64,000 nucleotides of DNA from Lachnospiraceae bacterium (GTDB taxonomy: Bacteria > Bacillota > Clostridia > Lachnospirales > Lachnospiraceae): assembly GCA_014804425.1 (NCBI GenBank), contig JAAUZV010000014.1, positions 437,121-501,120 of the forward strand, written 5' to 3'. Position numbers and translations under genes: made by a program. Shown here piece by piece: positions 7,818-17,310 of this stretch. Numbering within the stretch: position 1 is the stretch's first letter; every line of letters starts with the position of its first letter. The notes under the pieces are model-generated. The model had not been told where the DNA came from. It searched no databases and saw nothing but the letters and a program-made list of their open reading frames with translations.

Positions 7818-10800
7818 ATAGCCGGCTTAAGTCCACCCTCTGACTGTAGCTGAGCTTCACGTTCTCCTCCCCGAACGCATCCGCAAGCCGTTTCAGCAGA
7901 TCCGCATCGGTACGAACCTTCCAGTTCGCGTCCAGTTCTTTTTTCGCGCGAATATCTTCTATATAAATAATAACGCCGTCCTTCCCCTCCTGCTCCCACA
8001 GCAGCGACTTTAACGTATCCTCGGAAGCTTGATAAACCTCCTTCGTCGGAAACTTGATCCACACATTCCGCGGAATATCCTCAAAAAACACGATGCGCTC
8101 GCAGATGAGCTTGGCGTCCTTATCCTCCTCCGCGGAAACCCGCCCCGTGACGAACACCTTTGCGTCCTCGATCAGCTTTGCGGAATTATGCTCATAATCA
8201 CGCGGAAAAATCACAACTTCGATCGTACCGACCAAATCCTCCAGCGTGATAAACGCCATCACCTTATCGTTTTTTGTATATTTGATCTTTTTATCCGCGA
8301 TCATGCCGCCCGCCGTGACCTTCTGGCCATCCTTCAGCGCAGCCTCTCCCGTCTCCTCATCCAAATAAAAATCCGATGTTTTGACCGAACTGTAGCGCTC
8401 CCACAGCGCCTTATCCTGCTCTAACGGATGCCCGCTGACGTAGACGCCGAGCACCTCTTTCTCAAAGGCAAGCAGCATATCCTGTCCATACTCACCCACG
8501 TCCGGCAGGGTGATTTCAAACGCCTCGCGGCTTTCCTCGCCGACAAGGTCAAATAAAGACATCTGTCCCGCCATATGATTTTTTTTGTCCTGATGCAGAG
8601 AGTCCAAAATCTGCACATACACGCACATAAACTGCTTGCGCGTACCGCCCAGACTGTCGAACGCGCCTGCCTTAATGAAATTTTCGATGGCGCGCTTATT
8701 CATCTCGCATCCGGCGTCGCTCATCCTCGTCAGGAAATCCTCGATGCTTTTGAATTTACCGCCGCGCTCACGCTCCTTCACAACCGCCTCAATGACCGGC
8801 CTGCCGACGCTCTTGATCGCCGTCAGCGCATAACGGATCTTGTTCTCGGAAACGGAGAAGCCGCCGCTCCCCTCGTTGATATCGGGGGGCAGGATCTCAA
8901 TACCCATACTGCGCGACACCAGAATATACTCACACGCTTTGCCCGGATTATCGATCACAGAAGTGAGGAGCGCCGCCATGAACTCGATCGGATAATAATG
9001 CTTTAAGTATGCCGTCTGATATGCGACGACCGCATAGCACGCTGCATGGGACTTATTGAACGCATACTTTGCGAAGTCCATCATCGTATCGTAAATCTGA
9101 CTGGCAACCTCCGGCGCGATGCCTGCCGCCTCACAGCCGGGCACGCCTTCCTCCTTGTTGCCGTAAACAAAGTTCTTGCGCTCCTGCTCCATCACATATT
9201 GCTTCTTTTTACTCATGGCACGGCGCACAAGATCACTCCGCCCGAGCGTATAGCCGCCTAAGTCGCGCACGATCTGCATAACCTGCTCCTGATAGACAAT
9301 ACAGCCGTATGTCGCCTCCAAGATCGGCTTTAACTGCGGACAGGCATAGGTGATCTCATCCACATGATCTTTTCCGTAAATATACTTCGGGATAAAGTCC
9401 ATCGGTCCCGGGCGATAAAGGGAAATCCCCGCGATAATATCCTCCAGACTGCGCGGCTTTAACTCCTTCATGAAGCTTTTCATGCCCCCGCTCTCTATCT
9501 GAAAAATACCGTCCGTCCGTCCCGTTCCGATCTCTTCAAATACCGCTTTATCATCATAATCCAGCTCATTCATCGAAAGCGTGATGCCCCGCGTCTGTTC
9601 GACATTGCGCACCGCATCCTGAATGACCGTCAGCGTCCGCAGACCTAAGAAGTCCATCTTCAAAAGACCAAGCTGCTCGATGGTCGTCATCGTAAACTGG
9701 GTCGTGATCTCTCCCTCGGCCCCTCTCGAAAGCGGCACAAACTCCTCCGCGGGACGCTGGCAGATCACAACGCCCGCCGCATGAATGGAAGTATGGCGCG
9801 GCAATCCTTCCAAGCGCTTTGCCATGTCGATCAGCTCATGCACCTGCGCGTCACTCTCATAGAGCGTGCGAAGCTCGGGATTGACCTCAAGCGCGCGGGA
9901 AAGCGTGATGTTTAACTCATACGGTATCATTTTGGCAATATTGTCCACAAAGGCATACGGCAGATCCATCACACGCCCGACGTCGCGGATGACACCCTTC
10001 GCCGCCAGCGTACCGAACGTCACGATCTGGACTACCTTATCCGCACCGTATTTCGCGGTCACATAATCAATGACCTCCTGCCGGCGCTCATAACAGAAAT
10101 CCACATCAATATCCGGCATGGACACACGCTCCGGATTTAAGAAACGTTCAAATAACAATTGATATTTAATCGGATCAATGTCCGTGATATGCAGACAATA
10201 TGATACAATGGAGCCTGCCGCGGAGCCTCGTCCCGGCCCGACCGCGATCCCGTGTTCTCTGGCGTAATTGATATAGTCCCAGACGATCAAAAAATAATCG
10301 ACATAGCCCATGTTCCGTATGACGTCCAGCTCATAGGAGAGCCGCTCGGAAAGCCCTTCCCCGCCCTGCGGGTAACGCTCCTTCATGCCTCTGTTGCAAA
10401 GTTCGTTTAAGTAGCTCCACGAATCATACCCCTCCGGCACGTCAAAATGCGGCAGCTTCGTCACACCGAACTCGATCGTCACGTCACAGCGGTCCGCGAT
10501 GCGCTGCGTGTTCTCAAGCGCCTCGACAGCGTAGGGGAACACCATTTTCATCTCGTCCTCGCTCTTCACGTAATACTGTCCGCCCTCGTAGCGCATGCGA
10601 TCCTCGTCCGCAAGCTTCTTGCCCGTCTGTAAGCAGAGCAGGATGTCATGCGGCTTTACATCGTCCGCGTAGGTATAATGCACATCGTTCGTCGCCACAA
10701 GCGGGATGCCGAGCTCCTTCGACATCGCCATCAGCGCCATATTCACGGTCTGCTGCGTCGGAATCCCGTGATCCTGCAGCTCCAGAAAATAATTTCCCTT

Positions 10801-11301
10801 GCCGAAGATTGCCTCATAGCGCAGCGCTGTTTTTTTCGCTTCCTCGATCAGTCCCTTGGCTATGTTGCGCTGCACCTCCCCCGCAAGGCAGGCGGAAAGC
10901 GCGATGATGCCCTCATGAAATTCCTCAAGCAGCTCCATATCCACGCGTGGTTTATAATAGTATCCTTCCGTAAATCCGCGGGATACGATCTTCATCAGGT
11001 TTGCATAACCCGTGTTATTTTCTGCAAGCAGCACCAAATGGTAATAGCGGTCGTCGGAAACATGTGTCTCTTTTTCAAAACGCGAGCCCGGTGCGACATA
11101 GACCTCACAGCCGAGGATCGGCTTAATGCCCGCCTCCGTCGCCTCACGGTAAAAATCGATCACGCCGTACATGACGCCGTGATCCGTGATCGCCGCCGCA
11201 TTCATGCCAAGCTCTTTCACGCGCTTCACGTATTCCTTGATCTTATTTGAACCGTCCAAAAGACTATACTCGGTATGGACATGTAGATGTGCGAACGACA
11301 T
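7816..11301 (-). CDS. dnaE: DNA polymerase III alpha subunit (DnaE type)
   Basis: ATG at 11301 with AAGGAGG upstream. PHP domain FAHLHVHTEYSLLDGS, polymerase core with PDIDVDF, and FNKSHAACYA. The product of about 1160 aa has no proofreading insertion, so it is DnaE rather than PolC. Confidence 0.95.
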   Translation of the reverse strand: MSFAHLHVHTEYSLLDGSNKIKEYVKRVKELGMNAAAITDHGVMYGVIDFYREATEAGIKPILGCEVYVAPGSRFEKETHVSDDRYYHLVLLAENNTGYANLMKIVSRGFTEGYYYKPRVDMELLEEFHEGIIALSACLAGEVQRNIAKGLIEEAKKTALRYEAIFGKGNYFLELQDHGIPTQQTVNMALMAMSKELGIPLVATNDVHYTYADDVKPHDILLCLQTGKKLADEDRMRYEGGQYYVKSEDEMKMVFPYAVEALENTQRIADRCDVTIEFGVTKLPHFDVPEGYDSWSYLNELCNRGMKERYPQGGEGLSERLSYELDVIRNMGYVDYFLIVWDYINYAREHGIAVGPGRGSAAGSIVSYCLHITDIDPIKYQLLFERFLNPERVSMPDIDVDFCYERRQEVIDYVTAKYGADKVVQIVTFGTLAAKGVIRDVGRVMDLPYAFVDNIAKMIPYELNITLSRALEVNPELRTLYESDAQVHELIDMAKRLEGLPRHTSIHAAGVVICQRPAEEFVPLSRGAEGEITTQFTMTTIEQLGLLKMDFLGLRTLTVIQDAVRNVEQTRGITLSMNELDYDDKAVFEEIGTGRTDGIFQIESGGMKSFMKELKPRSLEDIIAGISLYRPGPMDFIPKYIYGKDHVDEITYACPQLKPILEATYGCIVYQEQVMQIVRDLGGYTLGRSDLVRRAMSKKKQYVMEQERKNFVYGNKEEGVPGCEAAGIAPEVASQIYDTMMDFAKYAFNKSHAACYAVVAYQTAYLKHYYPIEFMAALLTSVIDNPGKACEYILVSRSMGIEILPPDINEGSGGFSVSENKIRYALTAIKSVGRPVIEAVVKERERGGKFKSIEDFLTRMSDAGCEMNKRAIENFIKAGAFDSLGGTRKQFMCVYVQILDSLHQDKKNHMAGQMSLFDLVGEESREAFEITLPDVGEYGQDMLLAFEKEVLGVYVSGHPLEQDKALWERYSSVKTSDFYLDEETGEAALKDGQKVTAGGMIADKKIKYTKNDKVMAFITLEDLVGTIEVVIFPRDYEHNSAKLIEDAKVFVTGRVSAEEDKDAKLICERIVFFEDIPRNVWIKFPTKEVYQASEDTLKSLLWEQEGKDGVIIYIEDIRAKKELDANWKVRTDADLLKRLADAFGEENVKLSYSQRVDLSRL

Positions 11302-11614
11302 GCGCGCCTCCTTTGTGTTCTTGACCGCCATGAGTGCCTGCAGCACAGGAAAATCATTGCGTGGTATACCAATCTCATTTCCGTTCAGTATAACATAATT
11401 TGAGACAGAAAAAAAGAGTTCCCGTCAGCGGCAACCCGGATATCCCCCGTATACGCTCACGCAGAAATTTTGTGCCGGTCATGTTCCGCATGATTCTCCC
11501 CGCATCAAAAAGCATTCATAGAGAAAGGGGGATACCTTTTGGCATCTCCCCCTCTCCGTTTCCCATATCGCAAAATCACACGCTCTGTGATTGGCTGATC
11601 CGCATCCAAAGCGC

Positions 11615-12397
11615 TTACTTTGCAACGATCGCATAAGCACCGAGTCCGGCATTGACCGCAAAAGTGACCGTGTCCGGATCTGTATCCAAATCTTCAAGAA
11701 CCGTTATCACCCCGCCCTCCTGTACGCAAAGCACGGAATAGGTTAGGGATGTATCCGCCGATCTCGGCAGACCGGCCACAAACGCAATATTTCCGTCCGA
11801 CAGTGTCACCCATTTACCATCTTCTCTGGCTCCCAGTTCAATATACAGGCATGCGGTAATGTCCGCTCCCATCGCATCCGCCGCCGCATGAATACTCGCC
11901 ATGGCATTCACACTTTTGTTCGGATCAACGTCATAAATAATAATTGCCGGTGTCTGCTCTTGCGTTAATCCAAGTGCCGTCCTTACATCCGCCTCCGATG
12001 TACTGACTGCCGTGCCGAGCACGCCCGTCGCACCATACACTCCTCCGACAGAGGTTTTTATCTCTGTACCTGCTACACTTACAAGGGCGTTTTCAACCTT
12101 GGTCATTCTCTGTTCAAAGGTTGGCGTCGGTGTCGGTGCCGCTGTCGATGCCCCGCTCGCAACTACCGGGGCGCTTTCCGACGAATCAGCTCCCGTTAAC
12201 GGTGTCGGTGTCGCTGTCGGTGTCGGCGTCGCTGTCGGCGTCGGCTCGGGGGTCTCTGTCGGATCATCGTTCGTTGTCATCACCCCTTCCGGCTGTTCAT
12301 TGTCTGTGCCCGTTGCACACACCAGCAATGTAGAAGCTATCACCATTGTTGCCGCAAACATTACAGCCACCGCTTTTTTCATTGTTCCAAACTTCAT
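11615..12397 (-). CDS. Secreted/lipoprotein-like protein with Thr/Pro-rich linker, function unknown
   Basis: ATG at 12397 with AGGAGGAG upstream. Signal peptide MKFGTMKKAVAVMFAATMVIASTLLVCATG, then linker TETPEPTPTATPTPTATPTP, then a 170-aa C-terminal domain I do not recognise. Confidence 0.6.
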   Translation of the reverse strand: MKFGTMKKAVAVMFAATMVIASTLLVCATGTDNEQPEGVMTTNDDPTETPEPTPTATPTPTATPTPLTGADSSESAPVVASGASTAAPTPTPTFEQRMTKVENALVSVAGTEIKTSVGGVYGATGVLGTAVSTSEADVRTALGLTQEQTPAIIIYDVDPNKSVNAMASIHAAADAMGADITACLYIELGAREDGKWVTLSDGNIAFVAGLPRSADTSLTYSVLCVQEGGVITVLEDLDTDPDTVTFAVNAGLGAYAIVAK

Positions 12398-12654
12398 TCT
12401 CTTTCTCCTCCTGCCTACTATTTGGGGACGATACATCCTTCCGTCTCAAAACCGGCGCGATTATCATAAAGGATAGCCGCAGCAAAAGCATCCCCGCAAA
12501 AAAGATATGTCTGTTGCCGTCTTATGTATTCCCATCCGCACCAACATTGCGAATTTCCGTTTTATTTTATGCTCTTTTTCGGTAATATTGGGTCATGCTC
12601 TCTTCTATTTCGCTTTTTTCATTCAGTCCCGGCAGAAAAGCAGCGGAATGATGA

Positions 12655-12690
12655 CAAAAAAATCGCTGTCAGCTCTGCGCTGACAGCGAT
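12655..12690 (-). terminator. Rho-independent terminator of metK
   Basis: Minus strand reads ATCGCTGTCAGCGCAGAGCTGACAGCGATTTTTTTT: a 12-bp stem with a T-run. Confidence 0.85.
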
Positions 12691-12712
12691 ATCTCTTTTG
12701 GATATTTATTGA

Positions 12713-13900
12713 TTACAAATATTTCTTTAACACATCGACCTTATCAAGCTGCTCCCACGGCAGATTTAAGTCGTTTCGCCCGAAGTGTCCGTACGCCGCG
12801 GTCTGCTTGTAAATCGGTCTGCGCAGATCGAGCATTTTGATGATGCCCGCAGGTCTTAAATCAAAATTGTCGCGGATGATACCGACCAGCTTCTCCGAGC
12901 TTACTTTTCCCGTGCCGAACGTATCGATCATGACGGATGTCGGCTCCGCTACACCGATCGCGTAGGATAACTGAATCTCGCACTTATCGGCAAGTCCCGC
13001 CGCCACGATATTTTTTGCGACATAGCGCGCCGCATACGCCGCGGAACGATCGACCTTCGTGCAGTCCTTCCCCGAAAATGCACCGCCGCCGTGTCTTGCG
13101 TAGCCGCCGTAGGTATCCACAATGATCTTGCGTCCCGTCAGACCTGCATCGCCGTGCGGTCCGCCGATCACAAAGCGTCCCGTCGGATTGATAAAGTATT
13201 TCGTATTCTCATCGATCAGTTCCTTCGGAAGCACCGGATCAAACACATACTTTTTGATGTCCTCATGAATCTGCTCCTGAGAAACCTCCTCGTCGTGCTG
13301 TGTGGATAACACAACCGCCTCTAAGCGGATCGGCTTATTATTTTCATCATATTCCACGGAGACCTGACTCTTGCCGTCCGGTCTTAAATAAGAAAGCGTC
13401 CCGTCCTTTCTCACCTTGGTAAGCTGTAATGCCAGCTTGTGCGCAAGTGAGATCGGGTACGGCATATATTCCTCAGTCTCGTTTGTCGCATAGCCGAACA
13501 TCATACCCTGATCGCCCGCGCCGATCGCTGCAAGCTGCTCGTCGGACATTTTCGCCTCTCTTGCCTCCAGCGCCTTGTCTACACCCATCGCAATATCGGG
13601 AGACTGTTTGTCCAGTGCGACCATGACCGCGCAGGTATTCCCGTCAAATCCTGTCTTTGCATCATCATAACCGATCTCGTTCACCGTTTTTCTGACGATC
13701 GCCGGAATGTCCAGATTTGCCTTTGTCGTGATCTCGCCCGTAACAAGCACAAACCCTGTACATGCGGCCGTCTCACAGGCAACGCGGCTCATCGGATCCT
13801 GCTCCATGCAGGCGTCTAAGATGGCGTCGGAAACCGCATCGCAGACTTTGTCGGGATGTCCCTCCGTAACGGATTCGGACGTAAATAAGTGTTTTTCCAT
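12713..13900 (-). CDS. metK: S-adenosylmethionine synthase
   Basis: [47 protein letters not shown]. Preceded by a SAM-I riboswitch. Confidence 0.97.
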   Translation of the reverse strand: MEKHLFTSESVTEGHPDKVCDAVSDAILDACMEQDPMSRVACETAACTGFVLVTGEITTKANLDIPAIVRKTVNEIGYDDAKTGFDGNTCAVMVALDKQSPDIAMGVDKALEAREAKMSDEQLAAIGAGDQGMMFGYATNETEEYMPYPISLAHKLALQLTKVRKDGTLSYLRPDGKSQVSVEYDENNKPIRLEAVVLSTQHDEEVSQEQIHEDIKKYVFDPVLPKELIDENTKYFINPTGRFVIGGPHGDAGLTGRKIIVDTYGGYARHGGGAFSGKDCTKVDRSAAYAARYVAKNIVAAGLADKCEIQLSYAIGVAEPTSVMIDTFGTGKVSSEKLVGIIRDNFDLRPAGIIKMLDLRRPIYKQTAAYGHFGRNDLNLPWEQLDKVDVLKKYL

Positions 13901-13923
13901 GATTGGTTCCTCCTTCTTTATTA

Positions 13924-13957
13924 CAAAAAAATAAGTCCGCAGCTAAGCGGACCTGAC
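13924..13957 (-). terminator. Expression-platform terminator of the SAM riboswitch
   Basis: Minus strand reads GTCAGGTCCGCTTAGCTGCGGACTTATTTTTTT, immediately upstream of the metK RBS. Confidence 0.8.
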
Positions 13958-13972
13958 ATCACAGATAATCAA

Positions 13973-14102
13973 ATCCTCTTATTGTTCGATCAACCGCAGA
14001 TGATGTGCGGTCAACAATATTCGCTCAGGTTGGCACCTTCCGGTTATGGGGTTGCCGTGGCTTCACAGATCCTATGTATCTCCACCACTCCGAATAAGAG
14101 AA
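13973..14102 (-). ncRNA. SAM-I (S-box) riboswitch aptamer
   Basis: Minus strand reads CTCTTATTCGGAGTGGTGGAGATACATAGGATCTGTGAAGCCACGGCAACCCCATAACCGGAAGGTGCCAACCTGAGCG...AATAAGAGG. This contains the conserved S-box blocks (CTCTTAT..AGAG/GG.GGAG, GAAGCC..GCAACC, GGTGCCAA, closing AAGAG) and sits upstream of metK. Confidence 0.9.
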
Positions 14103-14262
14103 TATTCCCCGTAAAACGAGGGGTTCAATATGGAATTTTCCTATCTGCTATTAACATACATCAAACGTCTGTCCATGTCAATGGATTTGATTGACAATAT
14201 TGTAAAAAAATTTTATAATTTTACTATCACTATTGTTACTTTTGACCGAAGGGAGGTACGCT

Positions 14263-15336
14263 ATGAAAAGACTGAGCACGCAGGAATTAGTCCCGGGAAT
14301 GGTCACGGCGGAGGACGTCTATAGCTACAGCGATCAACTGATCCTTCCCAAAGGACTTACCTTAACAGACAAAACCATTACAAAGCTTGAATTTTACTCC
14401 ATCCTCTCTATCCGTATTGAGGATGATCGGAATGAATCATTAGGGAGCCCGTCTCCCAGCCTTTCCGTTTCCGAGCATGTGCAGAGCAGCCCGGAATTTC
14501 AGGCATTCAAGCGCTATTTTGATGAATCCTTGGCCGGCTTCAAAAGCAGTCTGAACGATATTGTTGAGAACAACGCACCGATCGATACGGACGCTATGCT
14601 GGAACAGGCATTATCCCTGGTTCAGACCAAAAAGGCTTCCTTCAACGTATTTACCATGCTGCAAAGTATGCGCTCCTACGATGATCAGACCTATGCACAT
14701 TCCATGAACGTCGCCCTGATCTGCAATATTTTTGCCCGGTGGCTTCTTTTTTCACAGGAGGATATTGAGCTGGCGACGCTGTGCGGCATGCTGCATGACA
14801 TCGGCAAACTCGTCATTCCCGATTTTATCATTAAAAAGCCTGCGAGACTGACTGAGCAAGAGTATTCCATCATTAAAACGCATCCGTATGAAGGCTATAA
14901 GATCCTGCGCGCGCAGAACGTGAATGAGCATGTCTGCAACGCCGCATTAATGCATCACGAGCGCTGTGACGGTACCGGTTATCCGCTCGGACTCGTCGGC
15001 AATAAGATCGACAAATTCGCAAAGATCGTTTCCATCGCTGACGTATATGACGCCATGACAAGCGCGCGTATCTACCGCGGTCCGCTCTGCCCGTTTGAGG
15101 TGATCGATATTCTCGTTTCCGAGGGACTGCAGAAATATGACCCCGGCTATTATATGACTTTTATGAACAATGTCGTAACAACCTACCTGTTAAACCGCGT
15201 CCGCCTAAGCGACGGCAGGGAGGGCGAGGTTGTCTTCATCAATCCGAACAACCCTGCACGGCCGACCGTACGCGTGGGAGATACCTTTGTAGATCTCTTC
15301 AAAGAGACGGAGCTGTCCATTGTAAAGATTGTATAA
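14263..15336 (+). CDS. HD-GYP domain protein (putative c-di-GMP phosphodiesterase) with an uncharacterised N-terminal domain
   Basis: ATG at 14263 with GGGAGG upstream. Motifs HSMNVA...LHDIGKLVIP...HHERCDGTGYPLGL (HD and GYP). Confidence 0.85.
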   Translation: MKRLSTQELVPGMVTAEDVYSYSDQLILPKGLTLTDKTITKLEFYSILSIRIEDDRNESLGSPSPSLSVSEHVQSSPEFQAFKRYFDESLAGFKSSLNDIVENNAPIDTDAMLEQALSLVQTKKASFNVFTMLQSMRSYDDQTYAHSMNVALICNIFARWLLFSQEDIELATLCGMLHDIGKLVIPDFIIKKPARLTEQEYSIIKTHPYEGYKILRAQNVNEHVCNAALMHHERCDGTGYPLGLVGNKIDKFAKIVSIADVYDAMTSARIYRGPLCPFEVIDILVSEGLQKYDPGYYMTFMNNVVTTYLLNRVRLSDGREGEVVFINPNNPARPTVRVGDTFVDLFKETELSIVKIV

Positions 15337-15523
15337 AAAAGATTTGCGCGCGGCGCAAATCTTTCAAAGAATTCGCCTTTGGCGAATTCTTTCGGGACTG
15401 AGGAATTTCCTATAAGTTAAAAAAGAACGCTGCGCGTTCTTTCGAAGAATCGCTAAAGCGATTCTTCTAGGACTGAGAAAATTCCTGTTTAGTAAAAAAA
15501 GAGTGCATAGCACTCTTTTTTTA
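15336..15523. repeat. Array of five stacked hairpins with two copies of the GGACTGAG-N-TTCCT tail motif (REP-like)
   Basis: Hairpins at 15336-15365, 15366-15393, 15419-15444, 15445-15467 and 15494-15522. All have the form AAAGA-stem-loop-stem-TCTTT with different stem cores. Tail motifs are GGGACTGAGGAATTTCCTATA (15394-15414) and TAGGACTGAGAAAATTCCTGT (15468-15488). Confidence 0.9.
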
Positions 15524-15560
15524 TTTTTCTGTCTCTATCACAGACATCCTCCGCCTCATC

Positions 15561-16364
15561 TCAATTTCCCGTGCTATAATACCGCTTCACGCTTACTCGC
15601 CAGAACAGATAGGCAGCGGCGTATACAACGATCCCCACAAACGGCGCGATATAAATATAAATCACAGGATAATCAGCCATATCCTCTTTGCGCAAAAGAT
15701 ACTGCGCCGGAAAGTAATTGACGAATGCAAACGGGACAACATAGATCAAGATCCCCTGTATCAGCTTGTGATATATACTGATCGGATAACCTGCAAATTT
15801 TCGCATATTCCAATAAAAAATATCACGGATACTGTTAGTCTCCACAAAGTAGAAGCACAAAGACGAAAAAATAATGAACATACCGCCCTGTATCAGGATT
15901 CCACCGATGATCGCGCCGATATAATACAGGATCGTGACAAAGTCCCAATGAATCCCAACCCTGCCTGCCGATATGACAAACAGAAGGATTCCCAGTGTCC
16001 CGTGTCCTGCGGACGCGATCAGGTCGGCATTATTCAAGATCAGCTGTAACAGCAGGCTTCTTGGTCTGACGAGAAGCCGGTCAAATCTTCCCTCCCTGAT
16101 CGTATCCGAAAACCGCCTCAAATCCGCAAACAGGGATACCACAAACGCATAGGTCAAAAAAAGAATACTATACAAAAACAGCATTTCATTGACATTCCAG
16201 TCGTTAATCCTGTCAAACTTGAGCAATGCCAAATAAATCGCGATAATATTTGCGGATTCCCTGATGAATACCGCAAGTGTGGCAACCAGCGAATCTACCC
16301 GGTATTGCATCCTCGTATGGATACTCATCTTCAATGATTGGAGTACAACCCTGATCTCACCCAT
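15561..16364 (-). CDS. ABC-2 family transporter permease (uncharacterised ABC system, permease 2)
   Basis: ATG at 16364 with GGGAGG upstream, 6 nt after the preceding stop. Six predicted TM helices, and the RFDRLLVRPRS motif typical of the ABC-2 membrane family found with COG4586-type ATPases. Confidence 0.75.
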   Translation of the reverse strand: MGEIRVVLQSLKMSIHTRMQYRVDSLVATLAVFIRESANIIAIYLALLKFDRINDWNVNEMLFLYSILFLTYAFVVSLFADLRRFSDTIREGRFDRLLVRPRSLLLQLILNNADLIASAGHGTLGILLFVISAGRVGIHWDFVTILYYIGAIIGGILIQGGMFIIFSSLCFYFVETNSIRDIFYWNMRKFAGYPISIYHKLIQGILIYVVPFAFVNYFPAQYLLRKEDMADYPVIYIYIAPFVGIVVYAAAYLFWRVSVKRYYSTGN

Positions 16365-16369
16365 CTCGC

Positions 16370-17158
16370 TTAACCTCCCTGCACCACAAGCTTTTTTACG
16401 CCTCTTTTCCAAAACAGGTTTGCTATGATCCCCAGAATCACAATCCAAAGTATCTGAACCGCAATGCCCGAAAGGATTTCCGACCCGCTCAGCTCGCCGA
16501 GATAAATCCTCACCGGCGTAAAATAAATGGACTCAAACGGCGTAAAAGAAATGATTTTTCTAAGCGCTGCCGGCATAAACCATAACGGCAGTAACGTTCC
16601 CGCCATAATATTGACAAATACATTTTTGATCGTTATGATTCCCCACACACTAAAAAGCCAAAAGCTCCATGTCTGGATCATAAAGCTGATCAGCCACAGG
16701 ATCAGATAACCGAATGCCACGCTGATAAACATCGCAATCAGACCGGGTGCGCTTTTCGGGGGACACAATTTCGTGTGCAGCATTGTAAAAAGCAGCGCTG
16801 GCAGGAAATGAAAAACCAGCTTAAATACCCCTTCGCCGATATTCTCCGCCAGCATCCGCAGCAGGAAGCTGACCGGTTTCAAAAATTCATTCGTGATGCT
16901 TCCGTCATGAATTTTATGTTCCAAAAACATTTCATTAAAATCAAATGCATTTGACAGTCCCAGTGTAATGACAAAGCTCGTGGCTACCATGCGGTAAGAG
17001 ATTCCGTCCACCTCCGCCGCGCCGCCATATAGCGCTTTATAGATGCACAGGTAGACCACGATCGTGATCGCCGTATTGACAATTCCCATGAAAAAATCTA
17101 ATCTGTACGCCATTTTATCCTGAAATTTCTTGACGGCAAATTCCACATACGCTCTCAT
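16370..17158 (-). CDS. ABC-2 family transporter permease (permease 1)
   Basis: ATG at 17158 with GGAGGGG upstream. Multi-TM protein in operon with two ABC ATPases. Confidence 0.75.
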   Translation of the reverse strand: MRAYVEFAVKKFQDKMAYRLDFFMGIVNTAITIVVYLCIYKALYGGAAEVDGISYRMVATSFVITLGLSNAFDFNEMFLEHKIHDGSITNEFLKPVSFLLRMLAENIGEGVFKLVFHFLPALLFTMLHTKLCPPKSAPGLIAMFISVAFGYLILWLISFMIQTWSFWLFSVWGIITIKNVFVNIMAGTLLPLWFMPAALRKIISFTPFESIYFTPVRIYLGELSGSEILSGIAVQILWIVILGIIANLFWKRGVKKLVVQGG

Positions 17159-17310
17159 ACATTGCCCCTCCATGCTTTCGCAAATCCGTGCGGAGAATGC
17201 AATGCGAATTTGTTTGCTTTGCATTCTCCTGTGTGAGAAAGGTTCCGCTTAAGCGGAACCGTAGAAAATCTTCGCGAAACGGCCCTTGCCGTGAGCGTTA
17301 GATTTTCTTC
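17159..17310 (-). other. Structured intercistronic spacer (nested stem-loops) between ATPase and permease genes
   Basis: On the transcript, an outer stem GUGUGAGAA/UUCUCACAC encloses hairpins GAAAAUCU...AGAUUUUC and GGUUCCGC-UUAA-GCGGAACC. A further hairpin GGAGAAUGC...GCAUUCUCC follows. Confidence 0.6.

Noticed and set aside
7733-8062. 109-aa minus-strand ORF overlapping the dnaE 3' end and the hairpin element
   Set aside because: It is out of frame with dnaE, spans the REP-like hairpins and has no RBS.
12012-12476. 154-aa plus-strand ORF with GVGV repeats
   Set aside because: It mirrors the Thr/Pro-rich linker of the minus-strand secreted protein. The minus-strand gene has the RBS and signal peptide.
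15336-15523. The hairpin array as a CRISPR array
   Set aside because: The repeats are different palindromes with only short conserved flanks. There are no unique spacers of regular length and no cas genes in the window.
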